Below the pieces are notes generated by a model, which was not told the DNA's origin, made no database searches, and was given only the letters and a program-made list of their open reading frames with translations. This document shows positions 26,786-39,721 of a DNA stretch of 64,000 nt, in pieces. Location of the stretch: contig NC_043012.1 of NCBI RefSeq assembly GCF_006345805.1, positions 35,278,001-35,342,000 on the forward strand, written 5' to 3'. The stretch is from Octopus sinensis (Eukaryota). The translations under genes were made by a program, and so were the position numbers. The number at the start of each line of letters is the position of its first letter. Within the stretch, counting starts at the first letter, position 1.

Positions 26786-28698
26786 GCGTTCGAAGACGAG
26801 GTCGAGAGATGGATCAAGGAAGGAGTCCCTATCCCGTGCAAGGAGGAGGTGGTGAGCGGAGTGCTACCTCTGATGGCGGTGGTGCAGCCGACGAAGGGAA
26901 CAGTCAGACCGGTGCTGGACTGTAGAGAACTGAACGACCATATATAGTGCCACACGGGAGGCGAGGCGAGGCGACGGACGTTTGCGGCGAGACGTTATGT
27001 GTGTGGAAACAGTCGACCAAGGCTGCGACGATTGTCGACTTGAAGTCGGCATACTTGCAGCTCCATGTGAGTGACAAACTGCGGCGATATCAGCTGGTGC
27101 GGTACAAGGACCGGACGTACTGTTTAACCAGGCTGGGTTTCGGATTGAATTCCGCTCCGAAGATTATGGCGACGGTGCTTAAGTCCGTCCTAGGGAAAGA
27201 GGACAAGATAAGAAAGGCCACCAGTTCCTACATAGACGACATTTTGGTGGAGGAGACTGTAGTGCCAGCCACCGAGGTAGTGAGACATCTGGAGAAGTTC
27301 GGGCTGATTGCAAAGCCACCGGAGTCGTTGGCGCGGGGAGCTGCGCTGGGGCTGAAGCTACGAAGCGATAGATCGGGTGAGTTGGTGTTCCGGAGAGGAA
27401 ATGAAATCCCAGAGCTGAATTCCAGCGTCAGCCGGAGAGAGCTGTTCTCGGTGTGTGAGAAGTTGGTCGGTCACTACCTTGTCGCTGGATGGGAGAGGTG
27501 GCGATGATGCAGGAAATCCTAGAGAGGACGAGAGCGGAAGACCCGATCAGGTGGAACTGGTATGTGGGACCGTTTGGTATGATGCTAGCAGTATAGTGAT
27601 AGGGGTTGTGTTGGAGATCGAAGGCGCTGAAGTGGATGATGCGGCCTGGTTTCGGAAAGCAGACGACTTTAACCACATCAATGTCGCCGAATTAGACACG
27701 GTGCAGAAGGGTGAATTTGGCCCTGAAATGGGGCTATGCTCAATTGAAATCCGGACGGATTCAGCCACCGTGCTCGGCTGGGTAGGATCGGTGATCACCG
27801 ATGAGAGGAGAGTTCGGACGAAAGGTGCCGCAGAGATATTAGTGAAGCGCCGCCTAGGAGTTCTAGGAGAGCTGATTGCCGAGTTCGGACTGAAGCTGAA
27901 CGTGGCTTTCGCGCCTTCGGAGAGAAACATGGCAGACACACTGACCAGCGTGAAAAAGACGTGGCTGGAGGAGCCGGAGGAGGCAAAGAAAGGGATAGCT
28001 GCGGCGTGTCGGTTGGATGACTCCGAACAGAAGAGACTACATGCTATGCATCACTTGGGGGTGGATAGGACCCTGTATCTTGTGAAGATGATTGATGGTG
28101 ACGTCACTAGGAGAAGCATCCGGAAAGTGGTCGGGAGCTGCGACAGGTGTTAGTCCACTGACCCTGCTCCGTGTGGGCATGAACAAGGAAACCTTTCGGT
28201 AGAGCACAACTGGAAGAGACTTGCTGTGGATGTGACGCACTACCGTCAGGAATGTATCTCTCCATGGTCGACTGCGGGCCGGGCCGGATAGCCATTTGGA
28301 GGGAGTTGAGGACGGGCATTGCTGACGAGGTTGCGCAGATTTTGAACAGGATCTTTTTAGAGAAGGGTCCCATGGAAGAACTGCTAATGGACAATGAGGC
28401 AGCGTTTCATTCGGAAGCGTTAAGGGATATGCTCGACCGGCGGAGAGTGCGCCGCTTGTTCAGAGCAGCCTATAGGCCGAGCGATAACGGAATCGTAGAG
28501 AGGCACCATCGGACAGTCAAGGCCATAGCAGAAAGAGGGCACATTTCGCGACACGTCTTAGACCTTCGCAGGATTGTCGCTTCGTCGGATGAAGATTGTG
28601 GAGAGGAGGAGAATGAGGTGCCTAGCTTGAGGAGATCCCGACGCGTAAGGCGCCCTCCCGGTTGGATGGTGGACTTCGATGTGGAGTAGGGGGCGGGA
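26786..28698 (+). mobile_element. Ty3/Gypsy LTR retrotransposon pol remnant (RT-RNase H-integrase), frameshifted
   Basis: RT motifs VDLKSAYLQ, RLGFGLNSAP and YIDD. RNase H motifs WYDASS and IRTDS. Integrase HHCC (HAMHHLG...CDRC) and DNEAAF...NGIVERHHRT. Domain order is RT-RH-IN. A polypurine tract lies at 28688-28698. Confidence 0.9.
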
Positions 28699-28990
28699 TG
28701 TAATCTTTAAGATCAGGGTGGCGTGTGGGATGACGTCAGCGTCTGGGGAGCTGACCGGAAGAGGAAGGGCGCGCGGATGACGCGCGCGTAGCCGGGGGAA
28801 AATTGCGCCCTTTTCAATCGGGTAAACCGTGAGTGCAGCATGTGTCAGTGCTTCGTCAAGGTGAGAGAAAGCAACTGCTATTTTTAGCGTTTCGGGACGG
28901 ACTGCGTGGAAGGATACGTTACCACCCGTCAGGTCTGCGCCAACCAAGAGAAGGTAGGTGTCTTACCTCTAATCTCCCGCATTCTCTACA
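28699..28990 (+). mobile_element. probable 3' LTR of the Gypsy element
   Basis: Begins TGTA immediately after the polypurine tract and ends TACA at 28990, where GC content drops sharply. No 5' LTR is present for confirmation. Confidence 0.65.
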
Positions 28991-29869
28991 AGATTAAATA
29001 AATAGAATAAAAAGAGTAAAAAAAAATGGTATAAAAACAGCATCAGATGCAAAAGAAAAACAAGGCAGAAATTCGCGAATTTCGGAAACATTGTGTATGT
29101 GTGAGAGAGAGAATGGTTGAGAAAAGAGAAAGAAAGAGAAAAGATCCTTTAAGTCTTGTCAGACAACTTGTCTGAAACAAAAAGGTTACAAGTTTATATC
29201 ATTTTATAATGTTCGCTTTCTAGAAAAGATTAAGACAAAATGGTCATGCCTGGAACGCCTTTTCTCACAGATCTATTACAATCAGAGCTAACCTGTGGTT
29301 AAAGCAATATTCTTCGCTGAATGATGAAGCAGCTAAAGTTAAAGAAAAGTTGAAAGAAGAAAGGATAGCAAATATCCATATTCCAAATATTGGGGTTCCC
29401 TTATAAAATAATATAAACTTGTAACACATTCTACCAGGATACGAAGTTTAAAAGTTTAGTTACAAATAACTATTTTTTAAATGTTCCGATCAAAGTGAAA
29501 AGATCCGCTGTTTCTTTTTCTTTTTTTTCTCTTTTCGCAAAACATTTCTCCATTTTTCCTTTTCAAGAAATATCGTTGAAACTGAACTGTTGTCGGTCGC
29601 CTTTAGTTGAGAGTGCTGTCTGTTTCAATGGAACATATCGCAACATATCAATTCTCACCTTCTTTCCCCTTGAACCTTAGATCAGCACCTTGTCATCCCC
29701 TTCGCTAATCCCTGGCTGACTCTTTGAATTTGCAGGTAACTGAGTTTATTCACAGCAAGTCTAGGGGATGCTGTTAGTCTTCAGTCGGGTGATCTTTCCC
29801 GTTGAGCATATGTAATAACCAGTTCCAGATTCATTTCAAAGAAGTAACACTAAATTTTTTGATAAAAAA

Positions 29870-31077
29870 AGGGAAGAGATCGCCATAACAGACGATAGTG
29901 ATGATGAAGCTGACATAAGCCAACAAGACATACATTGTCAAACAGATTTGGCTCACGAAAATGCTTGTTTTCCCCAGCTAAAACCTGAATTTAACAAAGT
30001 TTTAAAGAAGGTAAGAAATATTTCAAAACTTTTCCGTAAATCTCCTACAAAAAATGAAATTTTGCAAGATTTTGTACGAGCGAACTTTGATAACAGAGAA
30101 TATAAACTTATACTAGATTGCAGAACTTGGTGGAATGTCACATTCCATATGATTGAGAGATTTTTGAAATTAAAAAGCTGTATTCCATATGCTGTACGAG
30201 CAGAACTTTCCACAGATGCCCATCGCTGACGAAGAATGGAAATCTCTCAATTTACTATATGAAATTCTGCATTCATTTGAAATTATTTTGAAGGCTGTTT
30301 GCGCTGATGATACGGGTTTACTGAAAGCGGAATATTCTATAGAATTTTTACTGAATAAACTTAATATCGTCGGCAACCCTTTGGCTCTAAATCTTCGTGA
30401 AAGACTTATGCATAGATATAATAAAAGAAGAAATGTCGAAACCTTGGCTCTCTTGAGGTATTTACATAACCCAAGGAAATTTAAGGGTGAGTCAATTTCT
30501 GGACCTTTTCTATTTTTTAACGAAACAACATTTAAGGAAGTATGCTGAACAAACATATAGGAGATTATTTCCTGAACATGATGCTGAGAACACAACAGAA
30601 TTATACAAAGAAAATGAAATAGGAGGGAACCTAAAAACAAGTGTTACTGTTGTCCCATCTACTTATGAAGGTAATGAACTCATTCGTGAATACACAAGCG
30701 CAATGAAGAAAATGAATGAAGAGCCCAAGATGGTAACAGATGGGTTTGAAATCTCTAAAGAATTCGGGTACTATTTAAGAAGAGTGGTCCAGGTGCGCGC
30801 ACTCGCTAGTCGTGACTAGTCGAGCCTACAACGACGACCTAGCAAAGTAAATAAAACACAAAATGAATAATTTTTTTTACACAAAGTAAATGATTTTTTA
30901 AAAACAAAGTAAATAAAACACAAAAACACAAGGTAAGGATCGACTAGTCACGACTAGCTGGCGCGAGTGCGCGCACCGGGACCACTCTTCTTAAGTAGGA
31001 CCCGCGAAAACCGGTTTTGAGAATTAGTTATACTTGAACTCGGTTTTGGGAATTATCGGTTTTTTTTGCGAGCCCTA
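29870..31077 (+). mobile_element. hAT DNA transposon remnant (transposase fragment and right terminus)
   Basis: Frameshifted ORFs 29948-30548 give KVRNISKLFRKSP..NEILQ...LILDCRTWWN.T..MIERFL.LK, resembling the hAT TRWNS motif. The terminus ...GCGAGCCCTA at 31068-31077 is a TAGGG-type TIR. Confidence 0.75.
30765..31004. mobile_element. MITE-like element with ~65-bp TIRs nested in the hAT remnant
   Basis: cgggtactatttaagaagagtggtccaggtgcgcgcactcgctagtcgtgactagtcga is mirrored by tcgactagtcacgactagc..gcgagtgcgcgcaccgggaccactcttcttaagtaggacccg. Confidence 0.8.
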
Positions 31078-31850
31078 GTTGTGATGCATGTGCCTGGTGT
31101 ACCCTTATCAGACGGGTAGTCATGACGGGTATACTGGGCTTCGTATATTTTACCCCAGTGTCACTTCGATGCCATGCACTTCCCCCTCATACACACATAT
31201 ATTAATATAGAATACGTTCTTTATTTATCCCTCATAAATCCGAGGATCCCTGGATTGGCAAAATCGATAGAGCATCGGTAACAATGCCTTGCGATATTCA
31301 TTCTCAGCTCAATTCCCGTTGAAGTCAATCCGGTCTTTCATTCCTCCAGGCTCAATAAATTAAAATACCATTCAAGGACTGGATTCGATTTTATCAATTA
31401 AAATTCTGCTCTTGAAATATTCGTCCTGCCTTAGTCAACGCCAAGGGAGATAACTTCACAGCTGTTAAGAATAGTCTCCCTTGCATTGCTAAGCGTTTAT
31501 GTATCAGCTTTATCTTTTTTGTCTCGGTGGAAGTTTGTCTTCGAAAATTAGACCAGTCTTGATGCTGTCGACTTGTATGCTCAAAGACCTTCCCAATACG
31601 ACCATTCTTGTATTTTTATGGTTATCCAAAACTATGATATCTTGTGCTACGATCCAGTTTAAATCGCTGGTATGTAATCTAAGAGATTTGGTTGTTATTT
31701 CTAGCAGTTTGCTTTTCTTGTTTTTGTTTGAAATAGTGTTAGACTGCAAGTTGTCACTGTCTCTGTCGTTCATGACAAGAGAATCCATCATCGTCATCAT
31801 CATCATCATCATCATCATCTATATAAATATATATATGTGTGTGTGTGTGT

Positions 31851-31897
<47 letters not shown>

Positions 31898-31919
31898 TGT
31901 GTGTGTGTTAACAGTGGCT

Positions 31920-32463
31920 TTCGAGAGTGACCTGACATTCTCTTTGGCCAATTCGCAACAGGTAGGTCAAGTTGCAAGGCCACTCTCGTGCTTCAAAGAG
32001 AGATTAAAAGACAATCTGAAACGATGCAACATTCCCTTTTCTTCCTGAGAAAACAAGGCATCGGATCGCAGGGCCTGGCGCCAGTCCTGCTTCTCCCTCA
32101 GTTCAAATATTGAAGCAAAGTCGAGTCCAGCATCGGGATCGAATTCATGCAAGCATGAAGGCACGCTGGCAAGAATCTGGGTCCTCCAAATGGAAACCTC
32201 CTTACCTGTCATCATGGTTTTGCGGCATGGATCAAAGCAGGCCTTGGCATCCACTCAAGAAAACACCATCATGCATTGATACACAAGCACTCTAAGCAAA
32301 CTGAGCCCCCAACTGGTTCCATTTGCCGAAAAGTTTGCAAGGCACCGGCCGGCCTCAAGGAGACTCATTCGTGTCCTTAGAACATGATTACCGCTCTGTT
32401 TCACTGAACCTTCATTTGTCGTTCATGACAAGAGAATCCATCATCATCATCATCATCATCATC
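31920..32463 (+). mobile_element. RTE-like LINE 3' end fragment
   Basis: Translates as RPLSCFKERLKDNLKRCNIPFSS*ENKASDRRAWRQ plus Cys-rich remnants. It ends in gtcgttcatgacaagagaatc(cat)n, a tail also found alone at about 31765-31818. Confidence 0.7.
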
Positions 32464-32590
32464 TATCTATATATATATATATAGAAAGAGAGAGAGAGAG
32501 AGAGAGAAATGTATAAAATGTGACCTCGTGTGTACCGTTGGCGATTTTTTTCCCTCTGTCTTCCCTTCTCTGGATCTTTCTTTCTCCTAT

Positions 32591-32625
32591 GTTTTCGACG
32601 AAGAGCTCCATTCGAAACGTTAAAC
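32591..32625 (+). ncRNA. degenerate minimal type I hammerhead-like motif
   Basis: GUUU UCGACGA AGAGC ucc AUUC GAAA CG UU AAAC. Helix I GUUU/AAAC and GAAACGUU are intact, but the core reads UCGACGA and helix II is damaged. Confidence 0.4.
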
Positions 32626-33927
32626 CCTCCTTCTTTCCTTCTTTTCTGAGCGTCCAATAATACTATATTTGTTCCACGTCCTGTTGTGTTTTCTTGTTTG
32701 GATTAACTTTATACACTCACATATATACATACACATATACATGCATACATACGTACTACACACACACCACACACAGACACACATATACACATATGTATAT
32801 ATATATACATACATACATACGTACATGCATAATACACACACACACACACACATAAGATTGTTCAACTTGGTTAAACAGTGAGTTGCTTTTTTTGTTGTTG
32901 TTGTATTTCCTCAAATCTCTTTCGTTGCTGTTTGCAACATTGGTCGTTTTGCCAATATTGTTAACACACGCACTGGTTCAATTCTACTTCTTTCATCATC
33001 ATCGTTTAACGCTCACTTTCCATGCTGGCATGGGTTGGACGGTTTGACATGGAGCTGCAAGTTGTCTAATTAATTATTTCACTTGGTTAAACAGTAAGCT
33101 GGGGTTTTTTTTTTTTTTGTAAAAGCTCTTATATTTCTTCGTTTTGGGATTTGGTTTGCAAGATTCTTTATATTCTGTTGTGTCTGGGGAGAGTCATTTT
33201 CTTTTTGTGCCTTATAATATAACACACTCACCGGTAAAATTTCCACTTCTTTCTTCTTCCCTTTTTTTCTTCTTTCTTTTTTCTTCTTTTTTTTTCTCTT
33301 TTCTCTTTTATTGCTATTTGCAACATTAGTCATTATACCAATGTCATTAACACGTGCACTGGTTCAGTTCCACTCCTTTATTTTTAACTGAGCGATTGCA
33401 AATGGTAATGAAAGAACTTTGACAAAAAAGAACAAAAAAAAAACAAGCAAACAAAAAACCCCTTACTGTTTAACCAAGTTGAACAATCAATTAGTTAATA
33501 ATAAAGAAGTGGAACTGAACCAGTGCATGTGTTAATAATATTGGCATAATGACCCTAGACACAGCAATATATATACATGTGTGTGTGTGTGTGGAACTCA
33601 ATATACACATGCTTCAGAACAAGGTTTTGGACAAGTACAGAGTGATGGTAATAAGAAAATGAGATGACAAAGGAATAGACATTAGCTTACAGTCGTTTCT
33701 GCTATATGATACAGTGGACTCAGAGTTGAGGGCCTGAATAACACCTTACAGCATATTCAAGGCTCTGATGAAGCCATTGTAGCTGACTGAAAAGTAATAT
33801 TTGAACCATCAAGATGTAAAGAGAAAAAGTTTTATCAAGAGAGAGTGGCACATCAGATGCCGCATTCCACTTTGTGAACTGCAAGTGGCTCATAGACTAA
33901 CAGCTTGAGATTCTTGGGTGCCACCTA

Positions 33928-34140
33928 TTTCTTTACTACCCACAAGGGGCTAAACACAGAGAGGACAAATGGATTAAGTCGATTATATCGACCCCCAGTG
34001 CATAACTGGTACTTATTTAATTGACCCCAAAATGATGAAAGGCAAAGTCAACCTCTGCGGATATTTGAACTCAGAACGTAACAGCAGACGAAATACCGCT
34101 AAGCGTTTCACCCAGCATTCTAACATTTCTGCCAGCTGGC
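33928..34140 (-). mobile_element. tRNA-derived SINE, family A (near full length)
   Basis: Colinear match to 1322-1503, extending into the head (gctaagcgtttcacccagcattctaacatttctgccagct). Confidence 0.8.
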
Positions 34141-34599
34141 TGATTTGGGGATGAACATAAGTCTGCATTAAAGGAATTGCTTGGAAGTTTAATCCTTTAA
34201 CATTCCAATTCCTCTGTCAAATTTAATGCCTATTCATTGATACTCTTTGGAATTAATCATGCATAAATTACCTCCTATCTTTGGGAATTTGATGATGTGA
34301 CTTAGTTTTTAGAATGTCATTATGGGGTTGGTGTAAGAGGTCATATTTGGCTGGTTTGAACATAAAACATATCGAATATTTTGGTCAGATACAGTCGGTT
34401 TAAACATGAAAGGGATAAGATGGCATGCAAGAACTGCAGGCAAAATGGACAAGAAAGAAAGGGCCATTGTTTGCAAACAAAACTTGGGAATACATTTTGG
34501 TAATTTGAAGCCTAAGATGCAGAAAAGACACAAAAAGTATGCTTAACAAACTTATTTCTTCACATTCTTTTGAACTGAACAGACATTATCTCTTAACTT

Positions 34600-34955
34600 C
34601 AAGATTTCAGTAATGTGGTTGTTGTGCCGGTGACACGTAAAAGGACCATCCAAACGTGGCCGATGCCAGCGCCGCCTTGACTGGCTTCCGTGCTGGTGGC
34701 ACTTAGAAAGTACTAACCAATCATGGCCATTGCCAGCCTCGCCTGGCACCTGTGTCGGTGGCACATAAAAAGCACCCACTACACTCATGGAGTGGTTGGC
34801 GTTAGGAAGGGCATCCAGCTGTAGAAACTCTGCCAGATCAGACTGGAGCCTGGTGCAGCCTCCATGGCTTACCAGACCCCGGTCGAACCATCCAACCCAT
34901 GCTAGCATGGAAAACGGACGTTAAATGATGATGACGATGATGATGATGATGATGA
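34600..34955 (+). mobile_element. SINE family C with (GAT)n tail
   Basis: Homologous to 23585-23955(-). Confidence 0.75.
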
Positions 34956-35811
34956 ATGACATTGTAGGGTAAGTGTGACAGGTTGGATCTGGCAAGTTTG
35001 AACATAAAACAGATAGAATATTTGGGCCCAATATGGCTGGTTTAAATGGTAAAGTGTTAAAAGCCATCATAGCTGGTAAGATAGAGGGTCTTGGAGAGAG
35101 GGGGAGAGGGAGGGAGTGTGTGTGTGTGTAGAAACTTTGTGTTTCTGATGTCATCAGGGATGGAGGGGAACCAGTGGAATCCATAACATAGTGTCACCAA
35201 GTTATCAAGTTTTATCATGGATTTCCAAATGTACGGCTGAGTGTATCATAGTGGTGAGGACATGTTGTGTGCGGGATTAATGCGTGTGGTAGTGGGGACC
35301 TTGTGTGTGTGTGTGTGTGTGTATGTGGGTGTGTGGGTGTGGAGGTGAGGGTTGTAGTGTGCTGGTGTAGAAATATTATGTGAACGATATTCTGGCAATG
35401 AGGAAAGCATTTGTGTGCTTGTGCCCAGTGTCTTGGTCAGTGGCTAAAGTCACCAATATTTGGTCATCAAGTGATGGTCATGTTTGGGTTGGTGACTTTG
35501 TAACAAGCTCAGTCCATTGGGCAGTTGGCCAGACCAACTTTAACTGACCAATGGCATCAACTTGAGAAATTGGCAATTTGTTGAGATCATTTGGACTTGA
35601 ATGAATTTGTCTGTTAAATTGGTGGACTGTTAATTAGTGGATTGTTAATTAGAAGGGTGGTGGTGGTGGTGGTAACGGTGTGCCAGTGTATAAAGTGGAT
35701 GGAGGTGGAACGTGTGTATGTTTTTATATATATACATATATAGATATACATACACACACCCACACATATATATGTATGTATATACATAGTTATAGCTATA
35801 TGTATATATAC

Positions 35812-35857
<46 letters not shown>

Positions 35858-36729
35858 GTATGTATATATATACATGCATACACGCACGCACACATGTATG
35901 ATTCTTTGTTTGTATTGTATATATCTGTGTTGGTGAATGTGTGTTTTTGTTTATATATAAAGAGAGAGCGAGAGATAGATAGATAGAGAGATAGGCAGAC
36001 AGACAGACAGACATATAGATACGTATATTGATATATGTATCTGTGTATATATGTATTAAACTTTTAATACTTTTGATATTAAAAAATTAATTAATTAATT
36101 AATTAATTAATAAAATAATATATAAATATAAAAATATACATACATACATATATATATATATATTTGTATATATATATAAAATTTATAAGTTTAAATTATT
36201 TAAATTATTTTTTATTTTCAACTTTTATATTTTAAAATTAATTTTATGTATTGGCTTATGTTTTTCACTGTTTGATTTGCCTAATAGTGGTTTTATCTCT
36301 AAGTTAATATAATATAATATAATATATTTATACTATAAAATTGGATTTAATCCTAAATCTAATTTTTCCCTGTAAGTTTGGATTTATTCCCTAATATTAT
36401 TATATATATATATATATACACACAATGTATGGTATTAAAAGTTCAGCAAAAGTTTAGATTCAAATGAATATGGTACTTAAGTTAAAAGTACCAGAATTTT
36501 GTATGGTATTATCCATATAAATCAAATGGGGTGATTATAATCAAAATAAGCAACAAGGATATCCAAGGTAGAGTAGTACAATCGTTTCATGCTACTTCAT
36601 TTTATTAAACACTGTAAGTATTACATTAGTTTTAAAATGTCGAGGAATCTTCAGCCACATATAGAATTTTTCAGTTAAACGGACAATACACATTCTTATA
36701 CTTATTCTTATACTTGTTGCTTATTTTGA

Positions 36730-37172
36730 TGTATATATACATATATAAGTGTTACATCATCTGCATGATGTGGAAAATATTCCATTAGCATTGTCCAAAT
36801 GATGTTGGCATCACCTTTAAGATACACCCAAGACTTGGATCCCATGCTATTTGCCCACAACATAATTCATACTTGTATCACATAACAACAATACGGCACA
36901 ATTATTTCACCTCATTTGGCCCCGCTCTCTTTAACATTACACCAAAACACATTAAATCAGAAACAGAACCCATAAAGTTGAAGAAGTCTTTGGGCAAATT
37001 CCTCCAAAAGATCCCAGATAAACCTCCTACACCCAGATATGTCTCCATAAACAATAACTCTCTCCTTGAGTGGACCATGTTGTCCGATTCCTGATTTAAA
37101 TGGATTTGTTAGGTGGTGCTATTAAGTCAGTCATGGCCTAGGCCAATACTAGCCGAAACTTATCAAAGTAAG
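36730..37172 (+). mobile_element. CR1/L2-like LINE 3' fragment
   Basis: ORF 36873-37094 has F...GPALFN..P..IK....KLKKSLGKFLQKIPD.P...NNSL, similar to LINE ORF2 C-termini. The tail ggtggtgctattaagt...catggcct.ggccaatact recurs at about 39900-39970. Confidence 0.65.
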
Positions 37173-37230
37173 TGTATGTATATATGTGTATATATATATA
37201 CATGTGTGTGTATGTATATGTATATATATA

Positions 37231-37441
37231 TATAACCAAGAAAAAAGCAACAAGAATGGATTAGTTTTTCAGTACAATTGTTTCATACGAAGACCAGCTT
37301 TATTAAAAGCTGCAAATATTGCAGCAAATACAGGACACTTGTATTTGCTGCAATATTTGCAGCTTTTAATAAAGCTGTTCTTCGTATGAAACAATTGTAC
37401 TGAAAAACTAATCCATTCTTGTTGCTTTTTTCTTGTTTATA
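37231..37441. repeat. near-perfect fold-back inverted repeat (~102-bp arms, 7-nt loop)
   Basis: 37231-37332 is the reverse complement of 37340-37441, with about 2 mismatches. Confidence 0.95.
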
Positions 37442-37673
37442 ATCACCCCACATTATTTTATGGTTAATACCATATAGATTCCTGGTGCATCTAAGTTAAG
37501 TACCGCATTCATGTGAATTCAATAGAACTCACTTGAATCTTAATTGCTTTTACTATATATATATATATAATTGTTAAAGAGGACAACAACTGTTAAGGCA
37601 GGGCAAACATCTCATTATTATTTGAGTATGGGATATTCCGTCATTGGCATATCTGCATATCCCATACAGGATA

Positions 37674-37875
37674 TGGGACCAGGCAAACAGAAGAAAGAGT
37701 GAGAGAAAGTTGTGGCGAAAGAGTACAGCAAGGATTGCCACCACCCACTGCCGGAGCCTCATGGAGCTTTTTAGGTGTTTTTGTTCGATAAACACTCACA
37801 ACGCCCAGTCTGGGAATCGAAACTGCGATCCTACGACCGCAAGTCTGCTGCCCTAACCATTGGGCCATTGCGCCT

Positions 37876-37878
<3 letters not shown>
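37674..37878 (-). mobile_element. tRNA-derived SINE (family D)
   Basis: Minus-strand head GGAGGCGCAATGGCCCAATGGTTAGGGC...GTTTCGATTCCCAG with A and B boxes. Confidence 0.7.
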
Positions 37879-37915
<37 letters not shown>

Positions 37916-37983
37916 TACTATATATAATATTATATATTAATATAATATATATATATATACATACATACAATACATACATACAT

Positions 37984-38028
<45 letters not shown>

Positions 38029-38300
38029 ACATACATAATATATTATATATATTATAAATATTATATATATATATATATTATATATACATATTACTATATA
38101 CTTATATATATATATATAATGGTATGTATGTATGTTGTATGTTGTTATGTATGTATGTATGTATGTATATATATTATATAATAATTATATATACATACAT
38201 CATACATACATACATACAACCTACATACATTATATATATCTAATTAATATTATACCATACATATCTACATACATATATATATATATAATATATATATTAT

Positions 38301-38912
38301 ATAATTAATTAATTAGGGTGAGAGAATTAGATACTAATTTAATAGTATATATATTTATTCAACACCAAGTGGCCTAGTGCTCCGCGAAACCTGGATATTT
38401 ATAATATTTTATAATATAGTACATATTTTTACAAAATAAATATAAGAGAGTGGTCACTATATGGCTCACTCTAGCACCAGTTAATCCAAAAGGTTTCATT
38501 CAACCACAAAAATACATGTTCCCATGAAAGTCAGTACTATGTTATTAGCTCCCACGGACAGGGAATAAAAATAACAAAAATACAGATATTTTGGGACATT
38601 GTTTCGCTATTAATGAATTAATGTATTTTACTTACAAAAAAATCCACTTTAGCTCGTCAGCCAAAAACTATCTGGATGAAATCCACTCAATCACACGCCA
38701 GATTTTACCATAACGATAAATACGCGTGTGGTTCAATTGATACATCCGACGTTATATTCAAATGCCCCAACTAACAGCGCGCCAAACTTCACGGAAACAA
38801 TACAAGCATTTAAATAAATGCAGCCATAATTAAATTATTAATAAGGGTGAGAGACTTTTGGATTAACTGGTGCTAGAGTAGCCATATAGTGCCACTCTCT
38901 TATATTTATTTT
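38301..38912 (-). mobile_element. terminally redundant hammerhead-bearing element, copy 2, with an inverted 5' segment
   Basis: Reverse complement of 25126-25702 with the same terminal redundancy (38301-38340 and about 38827-38852). 38855-38912 is an inverted copy of internal 38433-38492. Flanked by (TA)n. Confidence 0.8.
38589..38666 (-). ncRNA. type I hammerhead ribozyme
   Basis: Minus strand UUUUGG CUGACGA GCUA [loop] UAGC GAAA CAAUG UC CCAAAA. The N7 position differs from copy 1 (C vs G), and helix III is one nt shorter. Confidence 0.75.
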
Positions 38913-39685
38913 ATATATATATATATATTATATATATAATGGCTTGATGTCAGGTAGCTAGAAATCTGATATTGTCTAAGACTGTAAAATTGGTAGAAGG
39001 CATACTCTAGTGTGACTTTTTAGGTTTCCAAATGCTGTGGCAGTCTAGGAGGGAATTTACCATTGTGTCTGTCACGCTCGGTGCCAAGGTAGAATTACGT
39101 CCAAAGTTTTAAGTTTCACTGATGCCACGTCTGGTAGTTGAGTTGTTGTTGAGGAATTAAGTGGAGTGAAAATATCTGTAGGCTGCAAGTGTGTATGTGT
39201 ATCTTATATAGGTGTATATGTATACAAACATACATACATACATATATGCATGAATGCATGCTATGTGTGTGTTTGTGTCTGTGTATATGTGTGTATCTAT
39301 ATACATCAGCGTAGGTGTGGCTGTGTGGTAAGTAGCTTGCTTACCAACCACATAGTTCCGGGTTCAGTCCCACTGCGTGGCACCTTGGGCAAGTGTCTTC
39401 TTCTATAGCCTCGGTTCAGCCAAAGCCTTGTGAGTGGATTTGGTATATATGTATATATATGTGTGTGTTTATATATGTGTGTGTCTGCGTTTGTCCCCTT
39501 ACCCTCGATTGACAATCGATGCTGGTGTGTTTATGTCACCGTAACTTAAAAACATATTAAAATACCTTGTTTATAAATTGTTTGTATATATATATATATA
39601 TTATTATTATTACATATTATTATTATTATTATTTTATATTATATTCTATGTGTGTATATACATACATACATACATACATCATACA

Positions 39686-39721
<36 letters not shown>

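Noticed and set aside
33764-33800. CUGAUGA AGC...GCU GACUGAAAAGUA
   Set aside because: GAAA is not adjacent to helix II, and helices I and III do not form.
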